From an uncultured Pseudomonadota bacterium (GTDB lineage: Bacteria > Pseudomonadota > Gammaproteobacteria > Burkholderiales > JALYOK01): a stretch of 64,000 nt of DNA. The position numbers and the translations under genes were made by a program. Location of the stretch: positions 275,824-339,823 of the forward strand of contig CAVQPB010000005.1 in assembly GCA_963714525.1 (NCBI GenBank), in the 5' to 3' direction. The notes under the pieces were generated by a model. That model saw nothing but the letters and a program-made list of their open reading frames with translations. It had not been told where the DNA came from and did no database searches. Positions 54,529-64,000 of the stretch are shown in pieces; within the stretch, counting starts at the first letter, position 1, and each line of letters starts with the position of its first letter.

Positions 54529-55965
54529 TTAAGGCGCTTTATTCGATTTACGTTCGGCTGTGAGCTGATCTCGTAAATCCTTCAACCGCGCTTCCACGCT
54601 GGATTGCTGATAATAATCGCCATCGCCGCTGCGGGCGGCGATTTGCAGTTGATCGACGGCGGCGGAAAGATTGCCGATGCGCACGTAAGCCTCCGCCAAC
54701 GACTGATGCTGCAACAGTTTTTTCCCCTGTGCGGCGTAAGCCTTGCCTTGCAAATCGTAGAGTTCGGCATCGGCGCTGGTGATCAGCAGGCGGTCGGACA
54801 ATACCTTGAGAGCCTGATTGGTTTCTTTGGTTTCGATCAGCGTCTCGATATACCCATAATTCAACGCGCGATCATCGCCGAATCGCTTCAAACCGCCTTG
54901 ATAGATGACGAGGGCAGACTTCGGATCTTTCAGATCGCGTTTAAGTTGGGCAGCGAGATTTTCCATCATGGCTGACGAGACTTTATTGCGCGCAACGGCG
55001 AGTTCTTTTTCCGCGCGCGGATAGTTGTTCATGCGGCGCGATACCACCGCGAGCCCATAGTTTGCCACCACACCCGCATCTTGCCCGCCCTCCAAGCGCA
55101 AGCTTTCGAAGTAACGCAGCGCATCCTTGGCGGGATGCAACAACGCCCTTAATTTGGCGCGGACTAACTTAAACTCCAGGCTGTCCTTGGCTTGCTTAGT
55201 CGGCAGTTGCTCAACTCGATTCTGGATATCGGCGATACGATCGCTGGTGAGCGGATGAGTCAGCAAATATTGCGGTGCGTTAGTGTCGTACACGCGATTG
55301 TTGCGCTGTAAGCGCTCGAAAAACGCGACCATGCCAGCAGCGTCGAAGCCGGTTTTGCTCAACAGCTCAACGCCGGTGCGATCGGCTTCGCGTTCGTATT
55401 CGCGGCTGTAGTTGAGTTGCGATTGAATGCCTGCCGCCTGGGCCCCGGCAATGGCCGCTTGGGCGGCGTCGGCGCTCGAACGCGCCGCCAGGATCGCCAC
55501 CGCCAACGCGGCCAAAGTCATCCAGGCGCCGCGCTCTTGGCCGGCGATTTGTCGTGCGATGTGGCGCTGAGTAACGTGGCCGATTTCATGCGCGAGCACC
55601 GAGGCAAGTTCCGATTCGTTCTCCGCTGCCAGAATCAATCCGGTATGGACACCGACGAATGCGCCTGGCAGCGCGAACGCGTTGAGCGTGCTATCGCGCA
55701 TCAAGAAAAACTCGAATGCCCGGCCTTTATCGGTGCTGTTCGAAACCAAACGGCCGCCGAGGTTGTTCAGATAGTCCACCACCTCCGGATCTTCGTAGTA
55801 ATCTTTGTAGGCGCGCACCTCGCTCATAATGCTGTTGCCGAGGGCGCGTTCTTGCTGCGGCGAAAACACGCCTTGGGCGCTTTCGCCCAGGTCAGGCAAG
55901 TTATCCGCGGCTAGCGCCGGCTGCAACACAAGGCAGAGGGAGGTGATTAAAGCGATAAATTTCAT
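54529..55965 (-). CDS. bepA: M48 metalloprotease with TPRs (BepA/YfgC family)
   Basis: LPDLG, NAFALPG, HEIGHVTQRH, EREADR and THP. Confidence 0.88.
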   Translation of the reverse strand: MKFIALITSLCLVLQPALAADNLPDLGESAQGVFSPQQERALGNSIMSEVRAYKDYYEDPEVVDYLNNLGGRLVSNSTDKGRAFEFFLMRDSTLNAFALPGAFVGVHTGLILAAENESELASVLAHEIGHVTQRHIARQIAGQERGAWMTLAALAVAILAARSSADAAQAAIAGAQAAGIQSQLNYSREYEREADRTGVELLSKTGFDAAGMVAFFERLQRNNRVYDTNAPQYLLTHPLTSDRIADIQNRVEQLPTKQAKDSLEFKLVRAKLRALLHPAKDALRYFESLRLEGGQDAGVVANYGLAVVSRRMNNYPRAEKELAVARNKVSSAMMENLAAQLKRDLKDPKSALVIYQGGLKRFGDDRALNYGYIETLIETKETNQALKVLSDRLLITSADAELYDLQGKAYAAQGKKLLQHQSLAEAYVRIGNLSAAVDQLQIAARSGDGDYYQQSSVEARLKDLRDQLTAERKSNKAP

Positions 55966-56115
55966 GATGCTATGATAACGCCTTTCCCTTACAAGTTCCT
56001 TTACGGGTTGATGCAAAACTACTACGCGAGCCGATTTGTGCGGGGCTCAATGTACTGCTCACACCTGAGCTCCTCGAATACGTTTTTAATCAACCCGTAG
56101 AGCACATGATTGATT

Positions 56116-56595
56116 ATGTCAAATCCTTTAACCCACTTCGATGAACGGGGCCAGGCCCACATGGTTGACGTGGCGGCCAAGGCCGAGACCCATCGCGTCG
56201 CCCGCGCCGTGGGCAGTATTTTCATGCAGGCGACAACGTTCAAAATGGTTAAAGAAGGCAGCGCAAAAAAAGGCGATGTGCTCGGCATCGCACGTATCGC
56301 GGCGATTCAAGGCGCGAAGCGGACGTGGGAACTGATACCGCTCTGTCATCCGATTCCACTGACGCGCGTGGCGATGGACTTTACGCTGGATGATGCAAAA
56401 CATGCGGTGCATTGTGAAGCAACTACCGAGACCGTTGGCCGAACCGGCGTGGAAATGGAAGCATTGACGGCGGTGCAAATCGCACTGTTGACGATTTATG
56501 ACATGTGTAAAGCCGTCGATCGCGGTATGCGCATCGAAAACGTGCGGCTGGTGGAAAAATTCGGCGGAAAATCGGGGCATTGGCAGCAGGAATAA
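56116..56595 (+). CDS. moaC: Cyclic pyranopterin monophosphate synthase MoaC
   Basis: [27 protein letters not shown] and DMCKAVD. Confidence 0.97.
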   Translation: MSNPLTHFDERGQAHMVDVAAKAETHRVARAVGSIFMQATTFKMVKEGSAKKGDVLGIARIAAIQGAKRTWELIPLCHPIPLTRVAMDFTLDDAKHAVHCEATTETVGRTGVEMEALTAVQIALLTIYDMCKAVDRGMRIENVRLVEKFGGKSGHWQQE

Positions 56596-56639
56596 TCCTG
56601 CGGGATGCCTGGTGCGCAGCGAAACTCATTACAGCATCG

Positions 56640-56712
56640 CGCCAGGGCCCGCGTCCAGCTTGCCTGTTGGCATGGCATGCCTTAACAGCCAGTATCCATG
56701 CGGCTCCTGGCG
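56640..56712 (+). repeat. About 73-bp palindromic repeat family, copy 3
   Basis: ccgcgtccagcttgcc...tatccatgcggctcctggc. Confidence 0.6.
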
Positions 56713-56837
56713 ATACCTCGACTGAACCCGCTAGGCGTTATGCGGGCATATATTACAGCGCAATTACGTTAATTCGGCGTCGCCAGAGATTGCGTCGAAC
56801 TTAAGTCCGAGGGAGCGTGCGGGTCGCCGCTACGCAG

Positions 56838-57869
56838 TCACAATTTCCTAACTTTAATAGTGTAATTTCCCATCCCGCTGTCGCGGTTCCAGTGGCGAAT
56901 CTGCACGAAGTATTCGCCTTCGACCAAGTGGGTGACGAGGCGCGCGTTGGTGTCGATGCCGGAATCGTCGTCTTCGGCAATAACGGCCGTTTGCGAGTTA
57001 GGGCCGAACAATTTCATCACCACATCGGTGGGGCCGCGCGTGTCGATGACGTAGTGGCCGGTTTGCGTTGCGGTGAATTTGAATAGGTCTTCCTCGCCGA
57101 ACTTGCCGATGGCGGCGGCGGTGCGCCGCCTGGCATTCACCCTGAGTTCGGTAACCGGACCGCCTACGCCGGGGTTAGACCTCGGATACATCTTGGCGCC
57201 GGCGATGAACTGCTGGTCTATCGCCGAGAGCACTTCGTTTTGCTTCGTTGCAACGCCGTTAAGCGTCCATTCGCTGGGGAAGAAATACAACATGACCGAA
57301 TCGGGGTCGAAGGCGGTGCCGTTAATCTGGTCGGCCGAATACTTGCGCAGGACGTTGTGACGGGTCTGCGCTTCGGTCCAGAAGTTGGGCGAGCCCGCCA
57401 GTTCGCGGATGACAACGGCCTCGTTCCATTGGATGCCGCCGGCGGGATTTTGATGCTCGTGCGCGAGGCCGATGGCATGGCCGAACTCGTGCGCGGCCGT
57501 GCCGCCGTCGAGAAAACCCAGGTTCATGGTAGCCTCGTTGGCCGGGATGCCCTTGGCGTCGGTGCCGACGTAACTCCAGGCGCCGTCGCTCTCATCGAAC
57601 GTGATGCGGATGTCGGCATCGGGCGCGTCATCGAATACGAACGTCAGATTGGCGTGGTTGCTCCACCACTTGGCCTGGTCCTTCGCCACCGCCTGCTGCT
57701 GCGCGCTGCCGTCGATGAAGCGCACGTGCAAGGTGGAACCGTTCATCCAGGTCTTGCCGATCGGAGATATCGCACGCAGCACACCCCGGCGCGGGCGGGT
57801 GGTCAGTTGCGGGCGCATCAGGTCGCGAGGTAACACTCGATCGAAACAAACGTGTGGGTGCTTAGCCAT
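56838..57869 (-). CDS. Astacin-like (M12A/metzincin) zinc peptidase with a C-terminal PPC-like domain
   Basis: HEFGHAIGLAHEH, Met-turn SVMLY, and EDDDSG...L..G.YFVQI. Confidence 0.9.
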   Translation of the reverse strand: MAKHPHVCFDRVLPRDLMRPQLTTRPRRGVLRAISPIGKTWMNGSTLHVRFIDGSAQQQAVAKDQAKWWSNHANLTFVFDDAPDADIRITFDESDGAWSYVGTDAKGIPANEATMNLGFLDGGTAAHEFGHAIGLAHEHQNPAGGIQWNEAVVIRELAGSPNFWTEAQTRHNVLRKYSADQINGTAFDPDSVMLYFFPSEWTLNGVATKQNEVLSAIDQQFIAGAKMYPRSNPGVGGPVTELRVNARRRTAAAIGKFGEEDLFKFTATQTGHYVIDTRGPTDVVMKLFGPNSQTAVIAEDDDSGIDTNARLVTHLVEGEYFVQIRHWNRDSGMGNYTIKVRKL

Positions 57870-58197
57870 GAACCATTCCTCCATAAGTGAACGGGAGAAG
57901 TCACCGCGCCGGCGTTGCGTGGAAAACGCCGGTCTGCGACGTCCTGCGAGCAGGGGTTTAAGCCTCCCCTGTCGCTGACATGATAATCTAGCGCTGAGCC
58001 GGCGCGCCGTCAATCGCAGTCAGCGGTTTGGCCGTCCGTTTAGGAGCAGAGTCAGCGCGGGAAAATTCCGCCGATCGGAGTATGATTTTGGCTACTTAAG
58101 GCTGCGGCGGGTTCGGCGTTATCGGCGTCACCGAATTCATCGGCGCACAACGATGTGCAGGCTATTCAACAATAACGCGCTATAAAAGGAGGATGCA

Positions 58198-59835
58198 ATG
58201 GCTGACATCACAGTGCGGCAATTCAGGCAAATCCTGCTATGGCCGCTGCAACTGACGCCGACGCAGGAAGGCGTGCAAATTCAGCGTCACTCGGAACTGT
58301 TCGCCCAGGTGCAAGATAATCCTTGGCGCGAAGTTGCCGATCCGTTTGCCGACGATCAGACGCGATTTCTGGAACGGCATTATCGCGAATTCGTCACCTT
58401 TCTTCCCCATGTTCGACGCTTTCTATATGGCCAGGGGATGGGGCAAGCGGTAAAGCGTAGTTATGGCGAGTCGCCGATAAGAGCTTTTCGACGCAGCGAT
58501 CTTGCCAAGGTGCGCATTACATCGACGCAGGGCGAGGATGTGGCGCTGTTCGATATCGAGCGCGCCGATCTTCATTTTTTTTACGACCTAGACATCGCCA
58601 TTCTCGCCTTGGAAATCGGCGCGGAGAATGTCAGTCTTATGCGCGTGCAGGACATGCTGTTTAAGTTCGGCCGCGCCTATCCCGCCTATTGGGAGAATAG
58701 CGGCGCGGCGGCCCATTGTCTTAAGCAAGTGGAATGGCTGTCGCACGCCGGCGAAGTGCTGGCGGTGGCGGACTATGACCGGCGCGAGAAGTATCTCGCG
58801 TTCGTGCGCCAGCATCGCGCGCCGCCTATCGCCGCCCATTGGGAATATCTGCTCGAGCCCATGGCTTTGCATCACTCGGAGCGCAAGGGCTTGATCCGTT
58901 ACCGTCAGATCGAACACTACCGTATGCCATCGCTCGCCTATTTGGCGCTCGATGGGCCGACCCAGCTCTCGCGCGGAGACTTTGCGCGCTTGGCGCTGGC
59001 GGCCGAGGCGGGAGAATCAAGCACGCTGCCCTTTTCGGAGCAATACCTTGCCGACTTCGAGCAGCGCTACTGCTACGACCGGCATTGGGACGAACAAGGC
59101 TCTTCCAGACGCAATACCCGCTTCATGTGCAGCAGCCATGGTTTTGTCATGGTCGGCGACTCCAATGAAAAGTTTTTTGTCGATGCCGAGACCGGACTAC
59201 TGTGCCAATTTCGACATCAGTATTTTCTGTTAGGGCTGATCGTTTACTTTCATCGTGCGGCGCTGCTCATGCTCTCCGACCGCTTGATTGTTGCCATCAG
59301 CAAACTCGATATCCAGCAGCCGGACTCGGTCCGGCAATTCAAGCGCGCTATTCGTCATACCCAGGAAATATTCTTGCGCTTCACTCACCGTTATTGGTTC
59401 CACGAAGTGTCCGAACAAGTCCCGGTGCGGGACTTGTTCCGTCGCTGGAGCGGGCAGTTGGGCACGGATCAGTTGTTCGCCGAGACGCGCGAAGAAATCG
59501 ATGACATGAGTCACTATCTTGAGCGCGATAATTTGCGGCGCCAGGCGAACACTGTCGTGCGTCTCACGGTAGTGACCACCTTCGGATTGATCGGCACGGT
59601 TGCGACCGGTTTCCTCGGCATGAACCTGATCGGCGCCGCCGACCAGCCGTTCCTCGCCAAAATCGTCTATTTCCTAGTGGTTTTCATTCCCATAATGGCG
59701 TTGACCTTCTACACCATCATGAAATCCAAGCGGCTGTCGGATTTCCTCGATCTGCTGCCCGATGAGCGGGTGTCGAGCAAAGCAAAACTCGCTGCCTTTA
59801 TCGCAGTGTGGAAGCGGCACCCAGGGGGCGCTTGA
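58198..59835 (+). CDS. CorA-like family membrane protein with a long N-terminal soluble domain
   Basis: Two C-terminal TM helices with GMN (FLGMN). Confidence 0.75.
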   Translation: MADITVRQFRQILLWPLQLTPTQEGVQIQRHSELFAQVQDNPWREVADPFADDQTRFLERHYREFVTFLPHVRRFLYGQGMGQAVKRSYGESPIRAFRRSDLAKVRITSTQGEDVALFDIERADLHFFYDLDIAILALEIGAENVSLMRVQDMLFKFGRAYPAYWENSGAAAHCLKQVEWLSHAGEVLAVADYDRREKYLAFVRQHRAPPIAAHWEYLLEPMALHHSERKGLIRYRQIEHYRMPSLAYLALDGPTQLSRGDFARLALAAEAGESSTLPFSEQYLADFEQRYCYDRHWDEQGSSRRNTRFMCSSHGFVMVGDSNEKFFVDAETGLLCQFRHQYFLLGLIVYFHRAALLMLSDRLIVAISKLDIQQPDSVRQFKRAIRHTQEIFLRFTHRYWFHEVSEQVPVRDLFRRWSGQLGTDQLFAETREEIDDMSHYLERDNLRRQANTVVRLTVVTTFGLIGTVATGFLGMNLIGAADQPFLAKIVYFLVVFIPIMALTFYTIMKSKRLSDFLDLLPDERVSSKAKLAAFIAVWKRHPGGA

Positions 59836-59896
59836 TGCCGTGGGTCGAGCGGCATTGCCACAAGCCGCATGTCCCAGGCTGCGGCAGAGCTTAGAA

Positions 59897-60349
59897 ATGA
59901 AATTGGGCCCTAGACCTCTTGCAGTTGCGGCCGCACTTTTTTCCGCTAGCGCCCTGCTTGATTTGTTAAGTCATGCGACTGCGTATGGCGCGCAGTCCGG
60001 CACGTCAGAGGTTTCCCATCCCGACCTCGTGCTGGCAAAATTTCGCGGTTGCGAAACCGCGCGAACGTGCCGATTCTGGATCGAATCGTCGATACCTTTG
60101 AACGAATCATTACATGTTGTTAGGCCCAATGGCGTGTCGACTGGAAAAGAGGGAGATGCGTCCGCCCTTGCGGTGCGGGATCGACTCAATTTCCTCCTGT
60201 CCGATATGATTCACCAACACAAGCGCATTGAGCTGCAGGATTTACGTGAATTGGACGATGGTGCTTATGCGGCGACGATCAAAGTCAACGGCATGGATCT
60301 TAGCGCAGACCCGATCCTAAAAGATCTTATGCAAACGTCAAAAAATTAA
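59897..60349 (+). CDS. Hypothetical exported protein
   Basis: Signal-like N-terminus and a C-x5-C pair; start approximate. Confidence 0.6.
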   Translation: MKLGPRPLAVAAALFSASALLDLLSHATAYGAQSGTSEVSHPDLVLAKFRGCETARTCRFWIESSIPLNESLHVVRPNGVSTGKEGDASALAVRDRLNFLLSDMIHQHKRIELQDLRELDDGAYAATIKVNGMDLSADPILKDLMQTSKN

Positions 60350-60353
60350 AAAC

Positions 60354-60422
60354 TGTCATTCTGAACGAAGCGCGCTTTAGCCAAGGATCAGAGATCCCGG
60401 GCTAAAGGCGCTCAGAATGACA
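60354..60422. repeat. GTCATTCTGA...TCAGAATGAC palindromic REP
   Basis: tgtcattctga ... tcagaatgaca with an inner ctttagcc/ggctaaag stem. Confidence 0.75.
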
Positions 60423-60485
60423 GTAAATGGAGATTCCCTTCCGGCGATGTAACCGCCGCTAGAAGGGAAAGACAAGTGAGAAAAA

Positions 60486-62138
60486 CTACTCTTTGGTGAT
60501 GGTCCAAACAACTGCGGATTTTGGCGTCGTGTAGAACGGCGATTCCATCTGGTAATTCACGTAAAGCTCGCCGTAGTCTGCCACGTACATGGTCTTGCCG
60601 TCCATGCTGAACTCCACGTCGTTGGTCCGCTCGAATCCACCTACGTTGCCCTTCTTCTGATAGGCATTGGGTCCAGGATCCATGTTCTCGGCGAAGATCG
60701 ACCACTTGATGCCGGCCGGGTTGAGCAATTCAATCTTCACGATCGCCGGCCACATCGGGCGCAGGCTCTCGGGCCCGTTGTCGATGATGCCGAATACCGC
60801 GGTGAATATCGTGTCGGTGGCGCCAAAGGCCTTCGGCGACCAAGCCAACCCGTCCATGGGATTGTTGGTATCCCATTCCATGATCGGGTTGATGTAGCCG
60901 TTGGGATTGGGATTGGCCATGATCAGCGGTGTGCCGCGAACGCCGATGGAATGGTCGATGAAACGGTACGGCGGCAGCGCCGGAACGAACGGCTTGTCGC
61001 CGATGTTCAACTGCGGATTCGGCCGTGTTGGGTCGTATTTGTTGCCGCGATAAACGTCGGGCCCGGAACGCTTGATGTTGACGAAGTTAATGCCGTCTTT
61101 ATCCGGGAAACCGGCATCCTGACCTTTTTCGGTCACGATGAAGAGCCGCTCGGCAGAGTTTGCGACGCGGCGATTGCCCTTGTCGTTATGGCCGTTGTCG
61201 CTAACCGCCAGGGCGTTTTCGAAGCGCGAACCTTTAGGGCCGAAAGCCACGCCGGACGAGTTACGCAAGCCCATGGTATACACCTCCCAATCGTCGGTGG
61301 TGTAGCTGCTGTCGGGCTTCAGTTTAGCGCGATGGATAGCGCCGCCGCACGGCTTTTGCGCTTTGATTACTTGCCCGGGTTTAGACGGCGTGCCTTTGGG
61401 AAGATAGGCGCCCGTGAGATTACCTTGGCTGTCGCGAATGTTGAGTCCGGTCAACACGATGTCGCGGCAGGGCGGGTCACGCGGTAACGCCGGAACGCCG
61501 GGAGGCGTGCGTTTTTCCCAGTAGGGATCGACCGCATCGGTCCAACCGTGAATGTCCGGGTCGGAAAAACCTGAGTTGGTCGGCGCACCTACGGCGTAAT
61601 ACAACCAGCCGTCGCGGCAAGTGATGCCGCCCAGCGCGTGGTCGCCGATGGGTACTTCGTTCATGATCAGTTTAGGCGTGCCGTTAACGCCGTCGATTTC
61701 CCAAATACCGTAGCTGTAGTCACCGACATAGGTGCGGCCATTCTCCGCGCAATAGCCGAGCTCGTTCAGCGCGAAGGATTTGAAAGTGCCCAGGCCAACG
61801 TTGTCTTTAATCAGCTTACCCGACTTGTCGTAGATCTTAACGTGCGGCTTGTCGATGCCTTCCGGCGGAAAGCCGAATGTGTTACCCGAGATGGCGACCC
61901 ACACATTATCTTGCTTGTCGACGGTGATGGATGTGACGGTATCAATGCCGGATGCGAACACACCTACCTTGTATCCCGGTGGTACTTTGATCTTGCTGGG
62001 ATCCGGCTTCACCGGCACGCGAGTAGACCATTTTCCCGCGGGACCGCCGGGATCCGCTTTTGCTCGATCCTGAGCCAAAGCGGCTCCGGACACGAGTCCC
62101 ACTGCTAAGGCGAGAACTACCGTGTACATCTTCATCAT
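60486..62138 (-). CDS. Exported beta-propeller protein of the glucose/sorbosone dehydrogenase (PQQ-dependent) superfamily
   Basis: Signal peptide; IKVPPGYKV, GDH, GLRNSSGVAF, SDNG and RTNDVEFS.DG.TMYVADYG. Confidence 0.75.
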   Translation of the reverse strand: MMKMYTVVLALAVGLVSGAALAQDRAKADPGGPAGKWSTRVPVKPDPSKIKVPPGYKVGVFASGIDTVTSITVDKQDNVWVAISGNTFGFPPEGIDKPHVKIYDKSGKLIKDNVGLGTFKSFALNELGYCAENGRTYVGDYSYGIWEIDGVNGTPKLIMNEVPIGDHALGGITCRDGWLYYAVGAPTNSGFSDPDIHGWTDAVDPYWEKRTPPGVPALPRDPPCRDIVLTGLNIRDSQGNLTGAYLPKGTPSKPGQVIKAQKPCGGAIHRAKLKPDSSYTTDDWEVYTMGLRNSSGVAFGPKGSRFENALAVSDNGHNDKGNRRVANSAERLFIVTEKGQDAGFPDKDGINFVNIKRSGPDVYRGNKYDPTRPNPQLNIGDKPFVPALPPYRFIDHSIGVRGTPLIMANPNPNGYINPIMEWDTNNPMDGLAWSPKAFGATDTIFTAVFGIIDNGPESLRPMWPAIVKIELLNPAGIKWSIFAENMDPGPNAYQKKGNVGGFERTNDVEFSMDGKTMYVADYGELYVNYQMESPFYTTPKSAVVWTITKE

Positions 62139-62252
62139 GAACTCCTCCATTGAAGTTTGACCGAACACTTATCGGCTTGCTTGCACTGCAACAACAACTA
62201 TCAAGGCGCTACACTTCGCCTAGCGGAAAAGTACAGGCCATAACAGAGTCAA

Positions 62253-62636
62253 CTAAAACGTTCGTATGTGCGCGACAATCTCGCGGATCAGGTCTTCACT
62301 TAAGCGTTTTTCCCATGCGGGCATAGTGGCGATCTTCCCCATGTAAGCACCACCTTTTTTGATAATCAATATGAGATAGTCATCGGTTAGCCCGGCCATA
62401 TATTCTTTATTGGCGAGCGTTCCTATATGCGGACTGAAGCCACCCCGATGTCCTTCCCCGCCATCGCCGCGAAAACCGTGGCATCCGGCACACATCTGAT
62501 CGTAAACTTCCTTGGGGTTATCGGATTCAAGCAGCGCTGGGGCCGCGGGATCGGCGGTCGCTACGCCGTTTTGTTCGGCTGACGCAGCCGGGAGGGAAAA
62601 TAACAGCATCGCAATGAGCACGGCCGAAAATTTCAT
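62253..62636 (-). CDS. Periplasmic monoheme cytochrome c
   Basis: Signal peptide, CAGCH and distal Met (TMPAW). Confidence 0.92.
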   Translation of the reverse strand: MKFSAVLIAMLLFSLPAASAEQNGVATADPAAPALLESDNPKEVYDQMCAGCHGFRGDGGEGHRGGFSPHIGTLANKEYMAGLTDDYLILIIKKGGAYMGKIATMPAWEKRLSEDLIREIVAHIRTF

Positions 62637-62769
62637 TTGATCCCAACCAAGAAAATAGCGGTATATCGGTTTAGTAATTGGGGAAGACTATATCGCTGCG
62701 AAGATAGCACGTCAATCGTCCTTGCATCGGCGAAGTACTTTAAAAATACAGCGTCTAATCCACCCTATA

Positions 62770-63277
62770 GTTTCGCCTTTCGGCGAGTTACTTTCTTTTG
62801 CTTGGCCAAAAGAAAGTCACCAAAGAAAAAGCCACCCTATGCGCTGCCCCTTCGCGAAGCGAAGGGGTGCCCTGCGCTGCTCGCCCCAGCGCGCGGCTGC
62901 GCAACTCGCCCTGCGGGCTCAGACAGTGCTCGCCGACTACCCGCGCTTGGGCTGCGCTGCTCGGCAGCGCAACAAGGGGACCCAAAGGCAAGTCAAGTAA
63001 CGTGTTGAGTCGCTGCGCGAGCCTTGGTTCTTTTCTCCTTCTCCCCTCCGGGGAGAAGGCCGGGATGAGGGGAAGCCCCCTTCTGCGGCGCTTCGGTTGC
63101 AGACGAAAACGGGAGCCGTGCGATCCGTCTGTCTGAGCGCGCAGCGCGAGTTTACGGATCGCCCCGTTTTCGACTGTAACCGAAGGCAGCCCGAAGGGCC
63201 GACGCGGCAGGGTGGCCTTTTCTTTGGTACCTTTCTTTTGGCCAAGCAAAAGAAAGATACCCGCCGAAAGGCGGAAC
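62770..63277. mobile_element. 508-bp composite palindromic non-autonomous element with about 67-bp imperfect TIRs and an internal REP
   Basis: 62770-62836 versus the reverse complement of 63211-63277; internal ctccttctcccctccggggagaagg unit. Confidence 0.8.
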
Positions 63278-63329
63278 CTCAGCGCATCCTATACGATAAA
63301 CTTTTGAACAAAGTCGATGCGAAGACAAA

Positions 63330-63998
63330 TCAAAAGCTATACCCCACCCCCACTCGTGCCCGTATCCCAGGCTGCTCGAAACCCACAAACTGCTCATAAT
63401 GATCATCAAGCAAATTATCGATGGCAAAAGTCGCCGTTAACTTGCGCCATTTGTAATTGAGCGCCACATCCACGCGCGTGTAAGAATCGAGCTTCACCTC
63501 CCCGGTCGGTATAGCAGAATCAAACGCTTTCCCGACGTAAGCCGCGTTGAAAGCGAGTTGTAACGAGTCGAGAATCGCGTAGTTGATCGACAACCCGGCG
63601 CGATGCTTCGGACGATTTCGCAGGTTGATATCCGATTCTTCAATTTCTAAATCAACGTAGGTGTAACTCAAAGCGATGTTAAGCCGATCCAGCGGCCGCA
63701 ATCTCAGTTCCAACTCCGCACCGTCGGCGTTGACGCGATTGCGGTTCACCAGCCGGAATGTGGCAAAGTCGAAGTCGATCAGGTTCTTGTATTGGGTCTT
63801 GAACAGCGACGCGCCGAAACTTGCTCGATCGCCCCAGAACCCTTGCTCGAAGCCGAGCTCCGTGCTCTTACTGGTCTCGGAAACGAGATCCGGATTGCCC
63901 GAGATCGGATCACCGAGGGCGAAGAAACTCGGCGGTTTGAAACCTTCCGCATAGTGGGCTTTTAGCGTGGATTGCGTGCCGGGAAAAGTAAAACGTAC
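63330..63998 (-). CDS. TonB-dependent receptor, C-terminal part (5' end lies outside the window)
   Basis: Open frame from the window end: GFKPPS, GNPDLVSETS, FAIDNLLD and terminal GYSF. Confidence 0.9.
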   Translation of the reverse strand, partial: VRFTFPGTQSTLKAHYAEGFKPPSFFALGDPISGNPDLVSETSKSTELGFEQGFWGDRASFGASLFKTQYKNLIDFDFATFRLVNRNRVNADGAELELRLRPLDRLNIALSYTYVDLEIEESDINLRNRPKHRAGLSINYAILDSLQLAFNAAYVGKAFDSAIPTGEVKLDSYTRVDVALNYKWRKLTATFAIDNLLDDHYEQFVGFEQPGIRARVGVGYSF

Positions 63999-64000
63999 AC

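Noticed and set aside
62637-63427. Cluster of 70-150 aa ORFs
   Set aside because: They overlap the 508-bp palindromic element, have low-complexity translations and lack RBS support.

Overview
About 64 kb from a GC-rich (about 57% by eye) betaproteobacterium-like sulfur oxidiser. Housekeeping genes include rho (partial), msrB, a DAHP synthase, fdxA-addBA, rpmE, regBA, aceK, moaC and soxXYZAB, with no soxCD in the window. Many REP/MITE-like palindromic repeats lie between genes. The most interesting part is an island of about 10.8 kb (about 3.4-14.2 kb), bracketed by two diverged copies of the 3' end of a BtuF-like gene, with an intact IS3 at its left edge. The island encodes a TIGR02999-type ECF sigma factor overlapping a Ser/Thr kinase-NACHT-multi-TM protein, plus four opposite-strand transcription units. 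These units encode two beta-lactamase-fold serine hydrolases and three uncharacterised signal-peptide proteins. Each unit is preceded by the same bipartite motif, TGACCGCTTT-N10-TGCGCCATT, which has ECF-promoter geometry. My inference is an NLR-like sensor kinase that activates a sigma factor, which in turn drives a regulon of exported proteins and hydrolases. Eight frameshifts in four genes are all +1, which points to long-read insertion errors rather than real pseudogenes. All family assignments come from motif recognition by eye; no database search was run. No CRISPR array, tRNA or rRNA was seen.
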